A stretch of DNA of 20,000 nt, taken from contig BLSG01000299.1 in NCBI GenBank assembly GCA_012862495.1, forward strand, positions 46,775 to 66,774. Reading direction: 5' to 3'. The position numbers and the translations under genes were made by a program. The notes under the pieces are model-generated. The model worked only from the letters and a program-made list of their open reading frames with translations. It was not told the origin of the DNA and did not search any database. Positions 1-9,396 of this stretch are shown piece after piece (the stretch's first letter is position 1; every line of letters begins with the position of its first letter). This DNA comes from Thraustochytrium aureum (taxonomy: Eukaryota).

Positions 1-666
1 GCGCGTTGCACTTGTTGCTTCGCGCGCGCGACAATTTCACGCCACGGGCGCCGCCTTGCCAACACCAACGCCTCACGTTTCCTACTGCTGCAAGTCGGTA
101 CCTGTGCGCCTCGGCCGATTTCTTGCCGGTGTCTCGCCCTCCTCGCCCACGCGCTCACATCCGCCTCCCGGGGCATCGACCAAACCCACGCGAGCAGCAA
201 CAACAAACCCAGCAGCCTGCAACAAACAACGGAAGAAACCTATTACTGGCATCAAGCCTACCCCCTGGGGGGCAGCGTACACTGTCTCCACACGCGCCAG
301 AGAGGGAGGCCGCGTCACGGGTTCCCCAGCAGCACATCCAGGCGGGTCCGCCCTCTCAACCTGCTGGGCCGTACCTGTGAGGGCCCGCGCGAGCAGAGCA
401 GTTCCGCCCCGCCTGCGAAAGCTATAGGGAACCCGCGACAGGTCAAGAGCCGGGGAAGAGCTCACAACTCGAGTCGCGTCGGGGACTCAAGAGTCGCGAA
501 AGTGTGAGTGCAGAGAGGGAGTGATTGTCTGGACGCGGGTGGGTGTGGGTGGGTGAGGCTGTAGTTTCGGGCTTGCACGTGGGCACGCGAAGCAGCTCGC
601 GCGCGACCCGCGAGGCGAACAAACACCCATTACAGGAATCCTTGGCGAGGTGCAGAGCATAATCCA

Positions 667-726
667 TCTCGCCAGCGCCGTGTCTCGCCAGCGCCGTGTC
701 TCGCCAGCGACGTGTCTCGCCAGCGA
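667..726 (+). repeat. 16-bp tandem repeat (TCTCGCCAGCG[C/A]CGTG) x ~3.7
   Basis: Units read directly at 667, 683, 699 and 715 (partial); ends ~70 nt upstream of the ATG at 796. Confidence 0.9.
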
Positions 727-795
727 GCGCTCCAGTCTCGCTTTGTCTGCGCGCGGCGGCTGCAACGAGGTGAACGAAGAAACCTGACGGACGAG

Positions 796-1978
796 ATGGC
801 TGCTGTTGTGGTGTCAGCAACGTACTTGGACGGGGCCAAGGAGGTCGTCGCCGAGGTGACGCGCGCAGGCCTCGTGGAGGTCGAGTTTGAGAACGGCGAC
901 TCGTTCAAGGGCACGTTCGGGGAGGACGCCCAGGGCGAGCTGGTCAAGCAGGGCGAGGGCGTGTACACCTGGGCGAACGGGGCCGTCTACGACGGCCAGT
1001 ATGTCGACGGGAAGAAGCACGGCTCGGGCAAGTACACCTACCCGGATGGGGCCGTCTACAACGGCGAGTGGGTCGACGGGAAGAAGAACGGCAAGGGCAC
1101 CGAGTCGTTCACCAACGGGGACGTGTTTCACGGAGTGTGGGCCGACACAAAAAGCATGGGCCGGCACTTACGAGTATGCCTCGGGCGCCACATTGACGGG
1201 GAAATGGAGCCATGGCAAGCTCCAGGAGGGCAGCTGGACGATGGGCTCAAAGCGCCTCAGCACCCGCGGCATCCTAGAGCGCCTCGGCCAGCGCCTCTCG
1301 CTCCGCAAGTCGAGCCGCAAGTCGGCCCGCTCCCAGGCCGCCAAGCGCCCGCTCGGCATCATCATCTCCGGCGCCCCCGCCTCTGGCAAGGGCACGCAGT
1401 GCGAGTTCATTCGCGAGGAGTTTGGCGTCATCCACCTCAGCACAGGGGACATGCTCCGCGCCGCCGTTGCGGCGGGCTCCGCGCTTGGCCTCAAAGCCAA
1501 GGCGCTTATGGAGTCTGGCCAGCTTGTTCCTGACGAGATAGTCATTGGCGCAGTGCGCGAGCGCCTCGCCCAGGACGACGTGCGCAGTAACGGGTTTCTG
1601 TTGGACGGATTCCCGCGCACTGCGGCCCAAGCCGAAGCGCTCGCAGAGCTGGGCATCAAGGTGGACATCTTCCTGATGCTCAACGTCCCTGACGAGGCGC
1701 TCGTGGCGCGCGTCGTGGGCCGCCGCATCGACCCCGAGACGGGCAACTCGTACCACGTCGACTTCAACCCGCCACCCGCCGAGATCGAGGACCGCGTCAT
1801 CCAGCGCGCCGACGACACGGAGGAGAAGGTCGTCGTGCGCCTGCAAGGATTTCACGGCAACATCGCGGCCATCAAGTCTTTTTACACTGCCGTCACGGTC
1901 GAGATTGACGGCATGCAGTCCAAGGAGAAGGTCTGGGCCACCATCAAGGCCGAGCTCGACGCTGCGGCCTCCAGGTAG
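796..1978 (+). CDS. MORN-repeat protein fused to adenylate kinase (frameshift at ~1147-1166, probable assembly error)
   Basis: N-terminal MORN repeats (YTWANGAVYDGQYVDGKKHGSGKYTYPDGAVYNGEWVDGKKNGKG) continue in the next frame as GTYEYASGATLTGKWSHGK. They are followed by the AK P-loop ISGAPASGKGTQC, HLSTGDMLRA, GFLLDGFPRT and the LID region GRRIDP...RADD. Adding two single bases restores the MORN unit WADxKKHGPGTY. Confidence 0.88.
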
Positions 1979-2471
1979 TTGGTTGGGATTTCCTGCCCGC
2001 AAGAGGTGAACAATACGAACGATGTTTCTGTTGAATCTTGTGCTCATTTCTGCGCGTCACGCGTGCCACACCACCCTTGTCAGGCCACGACCCTGGCCAC
2101 AGATCTCTCCAGCAGAGCTCAAGTAAGTACTAGTTGAGAGAGCTCTACTCTAGCTTGAGCTATTCATGCAGCTACACGTTCGCAGCAGGCAGGGCCTTGG
2201 TGGTGCCAGCGCCGCCGGCGAGCAAGGCGGTGCCAGCCACAAGGCCGTGTTCGAGCGGCCCGTGCGCTTGCCGAGCGCCACGAGGACGGCCTCAAGCAAG
2301 CAAGCACGCACCTGTCCAACCCAACCTTTCCTTTCCTCGTCGAATTTCAAGAATGGTGCGACGCCAAGGTGTTCCCTTGCCCAGACTTGCCCAGAGAGAC
2401 GCACATGAGCGAGCTCCCAACCCATCCCACCCAGCCCAACCAACCCACCCACGCTCCATCAGAGCTGCAAC

Positions 2472-2510
2472 GCAAGCAAAGCGAAGCAAAGCGAAGCGAA
2501 GCAAAGCAGC
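2472..2510 (+). repeat. Imperfect (GC[A/G]AA)n pentanucleotide microsatellite upstream of the HAD gene
   Basis: gcaagcaaagcgaagcaaagcgaagcgaagcaaagcagc read directly. Confidence 0.7.
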
Positions 2511-2580
2511 AATCGCAAGGGCGTCGAGCGCCGAGACAGGGACGGCGCGAAAAGCTAGCCAGGTTGCGCGTATCTCGGGG

Positions 2581-3672
2581 ATGGCACTGTTGAGGCCCTC
2601 CGCTGGCCTTGGCTTGGCCAGGGCGCTCGGCGGCCCCGCGCGACGCTCCGCCTCGAGGCCCTTGAAGGCGGCGCTTGGGGGCGAGCAACGGGTTGGGGCG
2701 GCCGGAAGGCCCTGCTGGTACAGCCAGGGACGCTACACGTGCAACTTGAGCTATGCCGATATGAGCTACACGCGCGAGCTGCTGTCAAAGAAGCAGGCGT
2801 TCATCATCGACTGCGACGGCGTGCTCTACCACGCCGACCACCTCCTCCCCGGCGCCAAGGCCTTCGTGGAGTTTCTGCAAAACTCGGGCAAGCGGTTCCT
2901 CTTCCTGACCAACAGCAGCGACAAGTCAACGGAGAAGCTGGTGAAAAAGTTTGCCAGGCTCGGGCTGGACGTNNNNNNNNNNNNNNNNNNNNNNNNNNNN
3001 NNNNNNNNNNNNNNNNNNNNNNNNNNNNNNNNNNNNNNNNNNNNNNNNNNNNNNNNNNNNNNNNNNNNNNNNNNNNNNNNNNNNNNNNNNNNNNNNNNNN
3101 NNNNNNNNNNNNNNNNNNNNNNNNNNNNNNNNNNNNNNNNNNNNNNNNNNNNNNNNNNNNNNNNNNNNNNNNNNNNNNNNNNNNNNNNNNNNNNNNNNNN
3201 NNNNNNNNNNNNNNNNNNNNNNNNNNNNNNNNNNNNNNNNNNNNNNNNNNNNNNNNNNNNNNNNNNNNNNNNNNNNNNNNNNNNNNNNNNNNNNNNNNNN
3301 NNNNAGCCCTACTTTGTGGGCAAGCCCAACCCGCTCATGGTGCGCAGCGCGCTGGACCGCCTCGGGACCCCGCGGGACCTTGCGGTCGTGGTGGGCGACC
3401 GCCTCAATACTGACATCAAGGCTGGCGTCGAGGCCGGCGTCGACACCGTGCTGGTTCTCTCCGGCGTGGCCACCGAGGAGGATATCAAGCGATTCGCCTA
3501 CAGGCCGTCAACCGTGCTTTCAGGGGTGGGCGACATCGCGGCCATCATCAGCGGATCCGCCCCAAGCGAGCCTCCCAAGCCCGTGGCGCAGTCTGCAGCA
3601 GGCTCCAAGCCCGCGGCGCCCGAAACGACGCCAAGCCCCGCCGCCGCCGCCGCCGCCGCTAGATCCAGCTAG
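2581..3672 (+). CDS. HAD-superfamily subfamily IIA hydrolase (NagD-like phosphatase) with probable N-terminal organellar transit peptide; cap domain hidden in N-gap
   Basis: Motif I FIIDCDGVLY, motif II LTNSS, motif III GKPNP and motif IV GDRLNTDI, plus TVLVLSGV. The N-terminus is Arg/Ala/Ser-rich and acid-poor (MALLRPSAGLGLARALGGPARRSASR). The gap (~110 codons) is about the size of the missing cap region. Confidence 0.88.
   Translation: MALLRPSAGLGLARALGGPARRSASRPLKAALGGEQRVGAAGRPCWYSQGRYTCNLSYADMSYTRELLSKKQAFIIDCDGVLYHADHLLPGAKAFVEFLQNSGKRFLFLTNSSDKSTEKLVKKFARLGLDXXXXXXXXXXXXXXXXXXXXXXXXXXXXXXXXXXXXXXXXXXXXXXXXXXXXXXXXXXXXXXXXXXXXXXXXXXXXXXXXXXXXXXXXXXXXXXXXXXXXXXXXXXXXXXXXPYFVGKPNPLMVRSALDRLGTPRDLAVVVGDRLNTDIKAGVEAGVDTVLVLSGVATEEDIKRFAYRPSTVLSGVGDIAAIISGSAPSEPPKPVAQSAAGSKPAAPETTPSPAAAAAAARSS
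2973..3304. other. Assembly gap (N run)
   Basis: Run of N. Confidence 0.99.
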
Positions 3673-3960
3673 AGCTACTGTCGAGCTAGTCTGGGGCCGG
3701 AGCCAGCCTGGGGCTCGCTCCCAACCAGAGATCCTGGTCCGCACGCGCTCGTCTTGCATGTGTTCCTTGCTGTCTTTCTGCACAGGAAGATTGTCGACCT
3801 CGACCAGCGTTTCAATCGACCCGCGTTCCTTGCCGTGGTCATGCGCAGCGTCAAGCACAACAACGGGCGATCACTCCCTTTGCTAGAGCTGGACCAGAAA
3901 GTACGACATAATACCAAAGCTTTATCTCGTCGTGCAACGGCAAGAAGCTACCTAGATTTG

Positions 3961-4896
3961 CTAATCATGCCCAGAGTGCGAAGGCACGAGGGTTGGTGGC
4001 CGGCAGAAGAGCTCTCCCGTTGGCGAACCGTTCGAAAACAGCCTACACCCCAATGGAACCTTTACAAGTCGCGTGCCGTTCACAAGCACCTCCGAGAACT
4101 CATCGCGGCAAAGCGCCCAAGAGCCGCCCGCTGGACCAAGGTACGCACAGGCGGCAACTTCGGACCCGTCGCCTTGGACGACTACAGTGTCCTTGACGGC
4201 GCTCTCGTCGAACGCTGGGCAGCAGCCAAAGCGCGTTGGGGTCGGGAATCCCGCATCTGCGCACTCGAGAGCGCCAGACTCGAGCCAAGAGAATCTAGCC
4301 GGATCAAAAACGTTGGCACAGTTGTCGCTGGCAAAATGCTCGAGCGACGTGATTGTTGTTCCGTTGGCGTCTCTGCCGAGATCGAGGCAGCACCGATTGC
4401 AGGGCTCGACGAGGCCGTTGCGCGCCTGGCACCATTGGATTTGGTCCTGCTGCGTCCCGATCATGTTGCAGAGTCCCGGAGCAGTGGGGGTGCACACCGA
4501 GCACTCGCTCGGCCACAGCAGGTTGTCAAAGCTGATCGGGCCGATCGCCTGATCGCACGGCGTGCACGGCGCGTCTCTTGTGCATCGACCCGGTTGGCCC
4601 TCTCGGCAGTCTCGCAGCGAAGCCGCGGGCTTGCCGCCTTTCGCGCTTGCCCGGCACTCGCTTAGCATGTACGCCGTTCCAGGCGGCAGTTTGACCGCGA
4701 CGAGGCTCAAATAGTACACCTCCACGACGACCGCCGCGAGCACGACCAGCGAGCTAAACTTGTGCCGCCACGCGCTGGAGCCTTGCGGCGCCATTGCACT
4801 CGCGAGGCCGGCTGCCCCGAGAACCGTCAGCAGCGTGATCACCACCGACTGTCCCAGGTCGCTGGCCTCCAGCGCGGCGCCAGGCGCAGGCCCCAT
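3961..4896 (-). CDS. Hypothetical membrane protein: two N-terminal hydrophobic segments followed by a Cys-rich, probably extracellular region
   Basis: ATG at 4896. Hydrophobic stretches SVVITLLTVLGAAGLASAM and FSSLVVLAAVVVEVYYLSLVAV. Many Cys (GRCTRDAPCTPCD, ECSVC, EPCNRCC, GCC) and N-glycosylation sequons NGT/NGS. Confidence 0.7.
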   Translation of the reverse strand: MGPAPGAALEASDLGQSVVITLLTVLGAAGLASAMAPQGSSAWRHKFSSLVVLAAVVVEVYYLSLVAVKLPPGTAYMLSECRASAKGGKPAASLRDCREGQPGRCTRDAPCTPCDQAIGPISFDNLLWPSECSVCTPTAPGLCNMIGTQQDQIQWCQARNGLVEPCNRCCLDLGRDANGTTITSLEHFASDNCANVFDPARFSWLESGALECADAGFPTPTRFGCCPAFDESAVKDTVVVQGDGSEVAACAYLGPAGGSWALCRDEFSEVLVNGTRLVKVPLGCRLFSNGSPTGELFCRPPTLVPSHSGHD

Positions 4897-5033
4897 CCTC
4901 CCGGAGAGCGTGAGCCGAAGCAGTCGCGACGCCCGCACTCGGCTGCCCGTCGCGCTTTGACCAGGCAAGCGAGCACTTCCTCTTGCGCAGCGTGTTTACA
5001 CGACCGACGCCGTTCCCGATCGATCGGTCGACG

Positions 5034-5137
5034 GTGCATGCATGCGTTCGTGCGTGCGTGCGTTCGTGCGTGCGTGCGTGCGTGCGTGCGTGCGTCCGTG
5101 CGTGCATGCGTGCGTGCGTGCGTGCGTGCTTGCGTGC
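5034..5137. repeat. (GTGC)n tetranucleotide microsatellite, ~25 imperfect units
   Basis: Read directly; lies between divergently transcribed genes. Confidence 0.95.
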
Positions 5138-5458
5138 CTGGACGCTGTTTGTCGTAACGGTCATCAACGCAACCGCTCTCTGACCGCCCTAAAAGCGCTC
5201 TGAGACCGACCCAAACGAAAACTGCGAGCGACCTGTGTCGTTTCTGTGCGCGCTCTGTGGCCGACCCAAGGGGAAAAGTGCGGGGCGGCCCTTGGGTGGC
5301 CCGCTGCATTTCTGGACGCGGCGACGGACGGACGCGGTGGCGGACGCGGGTTTCTTTGGCGGACGCAGACGAACGAAGCGCTGCGGAGCTGAAGGCGAGC
5401 GAGCGAGCGAGCGTGTGCTTGACGCGGCTTTGGTGCTTTTGGGGAATCGGGAGCCAAG

Positions 5459-6547
5459 ATGAGGCGCGTGGCGGTGTTGGCCGGCGATGGGATCGGACCT
5501 GAGGTGATGCGCGAGTCGCTCAAGGTGCTCGACAGCACGGCGTCCGTGTTTGGCCACAAGTTTCAGTACACGCACGGGCTGATCGGAGGCGCCGCCTTCG
5601 ATGTTTACGGCAACCACTTTCCGCAGGAGACGATCGACATCTGCAAGGCGTCCGACGCGGTGTTGTTTGGGTCTGTGGGAGGCCCGGTCAACAGCACCGA
5701 GGCCAAGTGGAAGGACTCGGAGAAGAACGCCGTGCTCGGGCTCCGCAAGCACTTTGGGTTTGGCGTCAACATCCGGCCTGCCAAAGTGTTCAAAAACCTC
5801 GAGCCGCTGTGCCCGCTCAAGCCCGAGATTGTCAACAAAGGACCGGTTGACATGGTCATCATCCGCGAGCTCGTGGGCGACATCTACTTTGGCGAGCACA
5901 GCACGAGCCCCGACGGCAAGTCGGCCAGGGACGTGATGGACTACACTGTTGAGCAGATCGTGCCGCCGCTCAAGTTTGCCTTCGAGACGGCCCGCAAGCG
6001 CAGCAACAAGGTGACCGTCGTCGACAAGGCCAACGTGCTGGACTGCAGCCGCCTCTGGCGCCGCGTCGCGACCGAGGTCCATGCCGACTACTCTGACGTG
6101 GCTCTCGAGTTTATGTACATCGACAACGCAGCCATGCAGCTCATGCTCAACCCGTCGCAGTTCGACGTCATCGCGACCGCCAACTTGTTCGGGGACATTC
6201 TCAGCGACGCCGCCAGCGTGCTGCCAGGGTCGCTCGGCCTCATGCCCTCCGCGAGTCTCAGCACCGGCAAGTTGCACATGTACGAGCCAAGCGGCGGGTC
6301 GGCGCCAGCTCTTACAGGCCTCAACGTGGCCAACCCGATCGCGCAGATTCTGTCGGCTGCCATGATGCTGCGCTACTCGTTTGACATGCACAAAGAGGCC
6401 GAGCTCGTTGAGAACGCGGTGGATGCGGTGCTGCAGGCGGGCGCGCGCACGGGCGACCTGCTGATGGCGGGCGAGACCACGACGATCTCGACGACCGAAA
6501 TGGGGGACCGCATCGCCGCCAAGGTCGTCGAGCTAGCTTCCAACTAA
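5459..6547 (+). CDS. leuB: 3-isopropylmalate dehydrogenase
   Basis: [105 protein letters not shown]; intact 362-aa ORF with no introns. Confidence 0.96.
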   Translation: MRRVAVLAGDGIGPEVMRESLKVLDSTASVFGHKFQYTHGLIGGAAFDVYGNHFPQETIDICKASDAVLFGSVGGPVNSTEAKWKDSEKNAVLGLRKHFGFGVNIRPAKVFKNLEPLCPLKPEIVNKGPVDMVIIRELVGDIYFGEHSTSPDGKSARDVMDYTVEQIVPPLKFAFETARKRSNKVTVVDKANVLDCSRLWRRVATEVHADYSDVALEFMYIDNAAMQLMLNPSQFDVIATANLFGDILSDAASVLPGSLGLMPSASLSTGKLHMYEPSGGSAPALTGLNVANPIAQILSAAMMLRYSFDMHKEAELVENAVDAVLQAGARTGDLLMAGETTTISTTEMGDRIAAKVVELASN

Positions 6548-6563
6548 CTCTCTCTCTCTCTCT
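6548..6563 (+). repeat. (CT)8 microsatellite immediately after the leuB stop
   Basis: ctctctctctctctct read directly. Confidence 0.8.
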
Positions 6564-6594
6564 ACTAGCTAGCTAGAGCATTGTTTCAGGGGCG

Positions 6595-7433
6595 NNNNNN
6601 NNNNNNNNNNNNNNNNNNNNNNNNNNNNNNNNNNNNNNNNNNNNNNNNNNNNNNNNNNNNNNNNNNNNNNNNNNNNNNNNNNNNNNNNNNNNNNNNNNNN
6701 NNNNNNNNNNNNNNNNNNNNNNNNNNNNNNNNNNNNNNNNNNNNNNNNNNNNNNNNNNNNNNNNNNNNNNNNNNNNNNNNNNNNNNNNNNNNNNNNNNNN
6801 NNNNNNNNNNNNNNNNNNNNNNNNNNNNNNNNNNNNNNNNNNNNNNNNNNNNNNNNNNNNNNNNNNNNNNNNNNNNNNNNNNNNNNNNNNNNNNNNNNNN
6901 NNNNNNNNNNNNNNNNNNNNNNNNNNNNNNNNNNNNNNNNNNNNNNNNNNNNNNNNNNNNNNNNNNNNNNNNNNNNNNNNNNNNNNNNNNNNNNNNNNNN
7001 NNNNNNNNNNNNNNNNNNNNNNNNNNNNNNNNNNNNNNNNNNNNNNNNNNNNNNNNNNNNNNNNNNNNNNNNNNNNNNNNNNNNNNNNNNNNNNNNNNNN
7101 NNNNNNNNNNNNNNNNNNNNNNNNNNNNNNNNNNNNNNNNNNNNNNNNNNNNNNNNNNNNNNNNNNNNNNNNNNNNNNNNNNNNNNNNNNNNNNNNNNNN
7201 NNNNNNNNNNNNNNNNNNNNNNNNNNNNNNNNNNNNNNNNNNNNNNNNNNNNNNNNNNNNNNNNNNNNNNNNNNNNNNNNNNNNNNNNNNNNNNNNNNNN
7301 NNNNNNNNNNNNNNNNNNNNNNNNNNNNNNNNNNNNNNNNNNNNNNNNNNNNNNNNNNNNNNNNNNNNNNNNNNNNNNNNNNNNNNNNNNNNNNNNNNNN
7401 NNNNNNNNNNNNNNNNNNNNNNNNNNNNNNNNN
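6595..7433. other. Assembly gap (N run)
   Basis: Run of N. Confidence 0.99.
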
Positions 7434-7434
7434 G

Positions 7435-8832
7435 TACTTTGTCAACCTCTTCCCGCGCGCGGGGTGCGACAACCATCCGTCTTCGCACCTCGAGTACCCA
7501 ACGGAGGACAACTTTCGCGCCGACCGCATCCCAGACCTTCACCTCATGGCCGCCCTTGCCGAGGAGGCGGGCGTCGATTTGCGGGTCGTCGTCATCGACG
7601 AGGACGAGGACGTCCTGGTGCGCGGAGCGGCGTGGACCGCACAGTTCACCAGCTACAACTCCCAAGCGATCCTCAAGACCATGGAACAGGCCTACCAGTC
7701 CATGTACACGCAGCTGGTCCAGGTGGAGCGCGGCTTCTTCCTCGGCGTCAACATGGACAAGATCCAGAGCAACGGCGAGCTAGACGCCTTCGTCGGTATC
7801 AAGGGCCTTGAACAGGCCCTCGCAGCCAGCGCCGAGACCTGGCGCTCAGAAATCAAGGCCGTGCGCGCAGCGGCCACCCCGCTGCCAGGCGCGGAGGCGT
7901 ACCGTTTCGAGCTTGAACTTGCGCGCGACAAGGTCCGCAACCGCCTGTTCCCGGGCACCGTGTCGCGGCCGCTGATCGTCAAGAAGACCGTCTTCTCCAA
8001 AGTTGGCCATACGCGGCCGCGCCTCGTGTTTGTCGCCGGGCTCGAGGGGACCGGGCACCACCTGTGGCGCCTGGTGACCACCAAGCTGATGCAGGAGGGC
8101 AAGCTCATTCCCGCCTGCCCGATCGAGCGTCATCTGTTCCAGAACCGCAACAAGAACACGATGTGGTTCACCCAGTACGCCGATCTGTACCAGACCGCCA
8201 CGGAAGGCCTCGTCCGAGAGCTTCGCGCGCTTGTGGAGCTGGACGCGGGTGCCGGGCGCACCTACATGGCCAACCTGATGGACAGCTCCCCGGAGTGCTA
8301 CATCCGCGCCGGCATGATGAGCTACCCCAACTTTAAAGGGCGCTTCAAGACGCTGCAGCGCCCCAACGTGATCACCCTGGCCAAGTTGGCGGACGAGGCT
8401 GGCATCGACTTGCGCATCATCGTGCTCCTTCGCGACGGCGACGGGATCATCCGCAGCACGGTCGACCACCGCCACTTTGGCGGCTGGGGCCCGGAGGGCG
8501 AGCCGCACGAGATCCGCTACCTCAGCGTCAACGTCCACGCACTCTACGCGCAGATGGACTCGATCGACAATGCCTTCTTTTCCTATTGCGACGACTTTGA
8601 CGACCCGAGCTTCAAAGGCATTGAGACGCTCTCAACTGCGTTCAATATCTCGTCCTTCCCGGACCTGATGCGCTCCACTGCGCAGTTTCCGCCCCCACCC
8701 CCGCCGAACAAACTCGTCAAGTGGGCGAAATCCAGCAAGCGGCGCAACTCGCTCGCGTTCACTCTCAAGACCACGCTCAGCGGCCTCGAGTCGTTCTGCC
8801 CCAACGCAGACCTGCTCTCCAACGACAACTAG
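7435..8832 (+). CDS. Sulfotransferase-like (P-loop fold) protein with internal domain duplication; 5' end lies in the gap
   Basis: The frame is open from the gap edge (YFVNLFPRAGC...). It has a 5'-PSB-like loop LVFVAGLEGTGHHLW and a 3'-PB-like IIVLLRDGDGIIRS. The segment MAALAEEAGVDLRVVVI recurs as LAKLADEAGIDLRIIVL. Confidence 0.65.
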   Translation, partial: YFVNLFPRAGCDNHPSSHLEYPTEDNFRADRIPDLHLMAALAEEAGVDLRVVVIDEDEDVLVRGAAWTAQFTSYNSQAILKTMEQAYQSMYTQLVQVERGFFLGVNMDKIQSNGELDAFVGIKGLEQALAASAETWRSEIKAVRAAATPLPGAEAYRFELELARDKVRNRLFPGTVSRPLIVKKTVFSKVGHTRPRLVFVAGLEGTGHHLWRLVTTKLMQEGKLIPACPIERHLFQNRNKNTMWFTQYADLYQTATEGLVRELRALVELDAGAGRTYMANLMDSSPECYIRAGMMSYPNFKGRFKTLQRPNVITLAKLADEAGIDLRIIVLLRDGDGIIRSTVDHRHFGGWGPEGEPHEIRYLSVNVHALYAQMDSIDNAFFSYCDDFDDPSFKGIETLSTAFNISSFPDLMRSTAQFPPPPPPNKLVKWAKSSKRRNSLAFTLKTTLSGLESFCPNADLLSNDN

Positions 8833-9396
8833 CTCGCGAGGGGTCGCTGTGGGAACTCGACAAGCCTTTGGCGAGCGGACGCTGCCCGTGTTTTGTTTTC
8901 ATACATGGTGGATTCCGCCCTCCCTCTGTATACGTAGACGTTACCGGGGACCGCCTTCACCCTTCAACAAGGCTCGCGCGTGCCGGGTGGCGCGGGCGAG
9001 AGCCAGCGGCTTGCGGTGGGTATTGTTCTTGGCTTGCATTTGAAGGCGGAGCATCTGGACGGGGCACCCCGGTGACGCGGCGCCGGCTGCCCTCGTCGCC
9101 GCCGCATCCAAGCCTTTTCTCTCGCGAGAGAGAGCTACAGGCCCATCTACGTAGACTACTATAGATTAGATGGAAAAACTGCATTGCATCGAGCATTTCT
9201 CCTTGCTCTACCAGAGAGCATGTACAGCAGGGTTGAGTCCTCGTGTCTGCAGAGCGCGTGGAACTACCTAACGCTCTCCGCGGACTGTCGCCCTTCAATG
9301 CGCAAGGGTCTCCCTGCGCGAGCGTCAAGATCAGCACGCGGAAACCGACCGAATCCAACCAACTTCTGTGCGTGCGAGCTGTCTTCACGGCCGAAA

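Noticed and set aside
6..465. Short ORFs at the window start
   Set aside because: No recognisable motifs or codon bias; contains CAA-rich low-complexity sequence typical of UTR or intergenic DNA.
667..726. Possible CRISPR array
   Set aside because: Repeats are contiguous 16-mers with no spacers, in a eukaryotic context with no cas genes.
2971..3306. The N-gap is flanked by GT and AG like an intron
   Set aside because: The missing HAD cap domain needs about this many codons; GT and AG fit partial codons (Val; Lys/Glu/Gln), so it is coincidental.
3754..4665. 303-aa plus-strand ORF
   Set aside because: Arg-rich, no motifs, antisense to the better-supported Cys-rich membrane protein.
4754..5309. 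ORFs with HART/CVRA repeats
   Set aside because: Translations of the (GTGC)n microsatellite.
5189..6391. 400-aa minus-strand ORF, and similar long antisense ORFs over AK, the sulfotransferase-like gene and PheRS
   Set aside because: Shadow ORFs caused by high GC3 of the real genes on the opposite strand.
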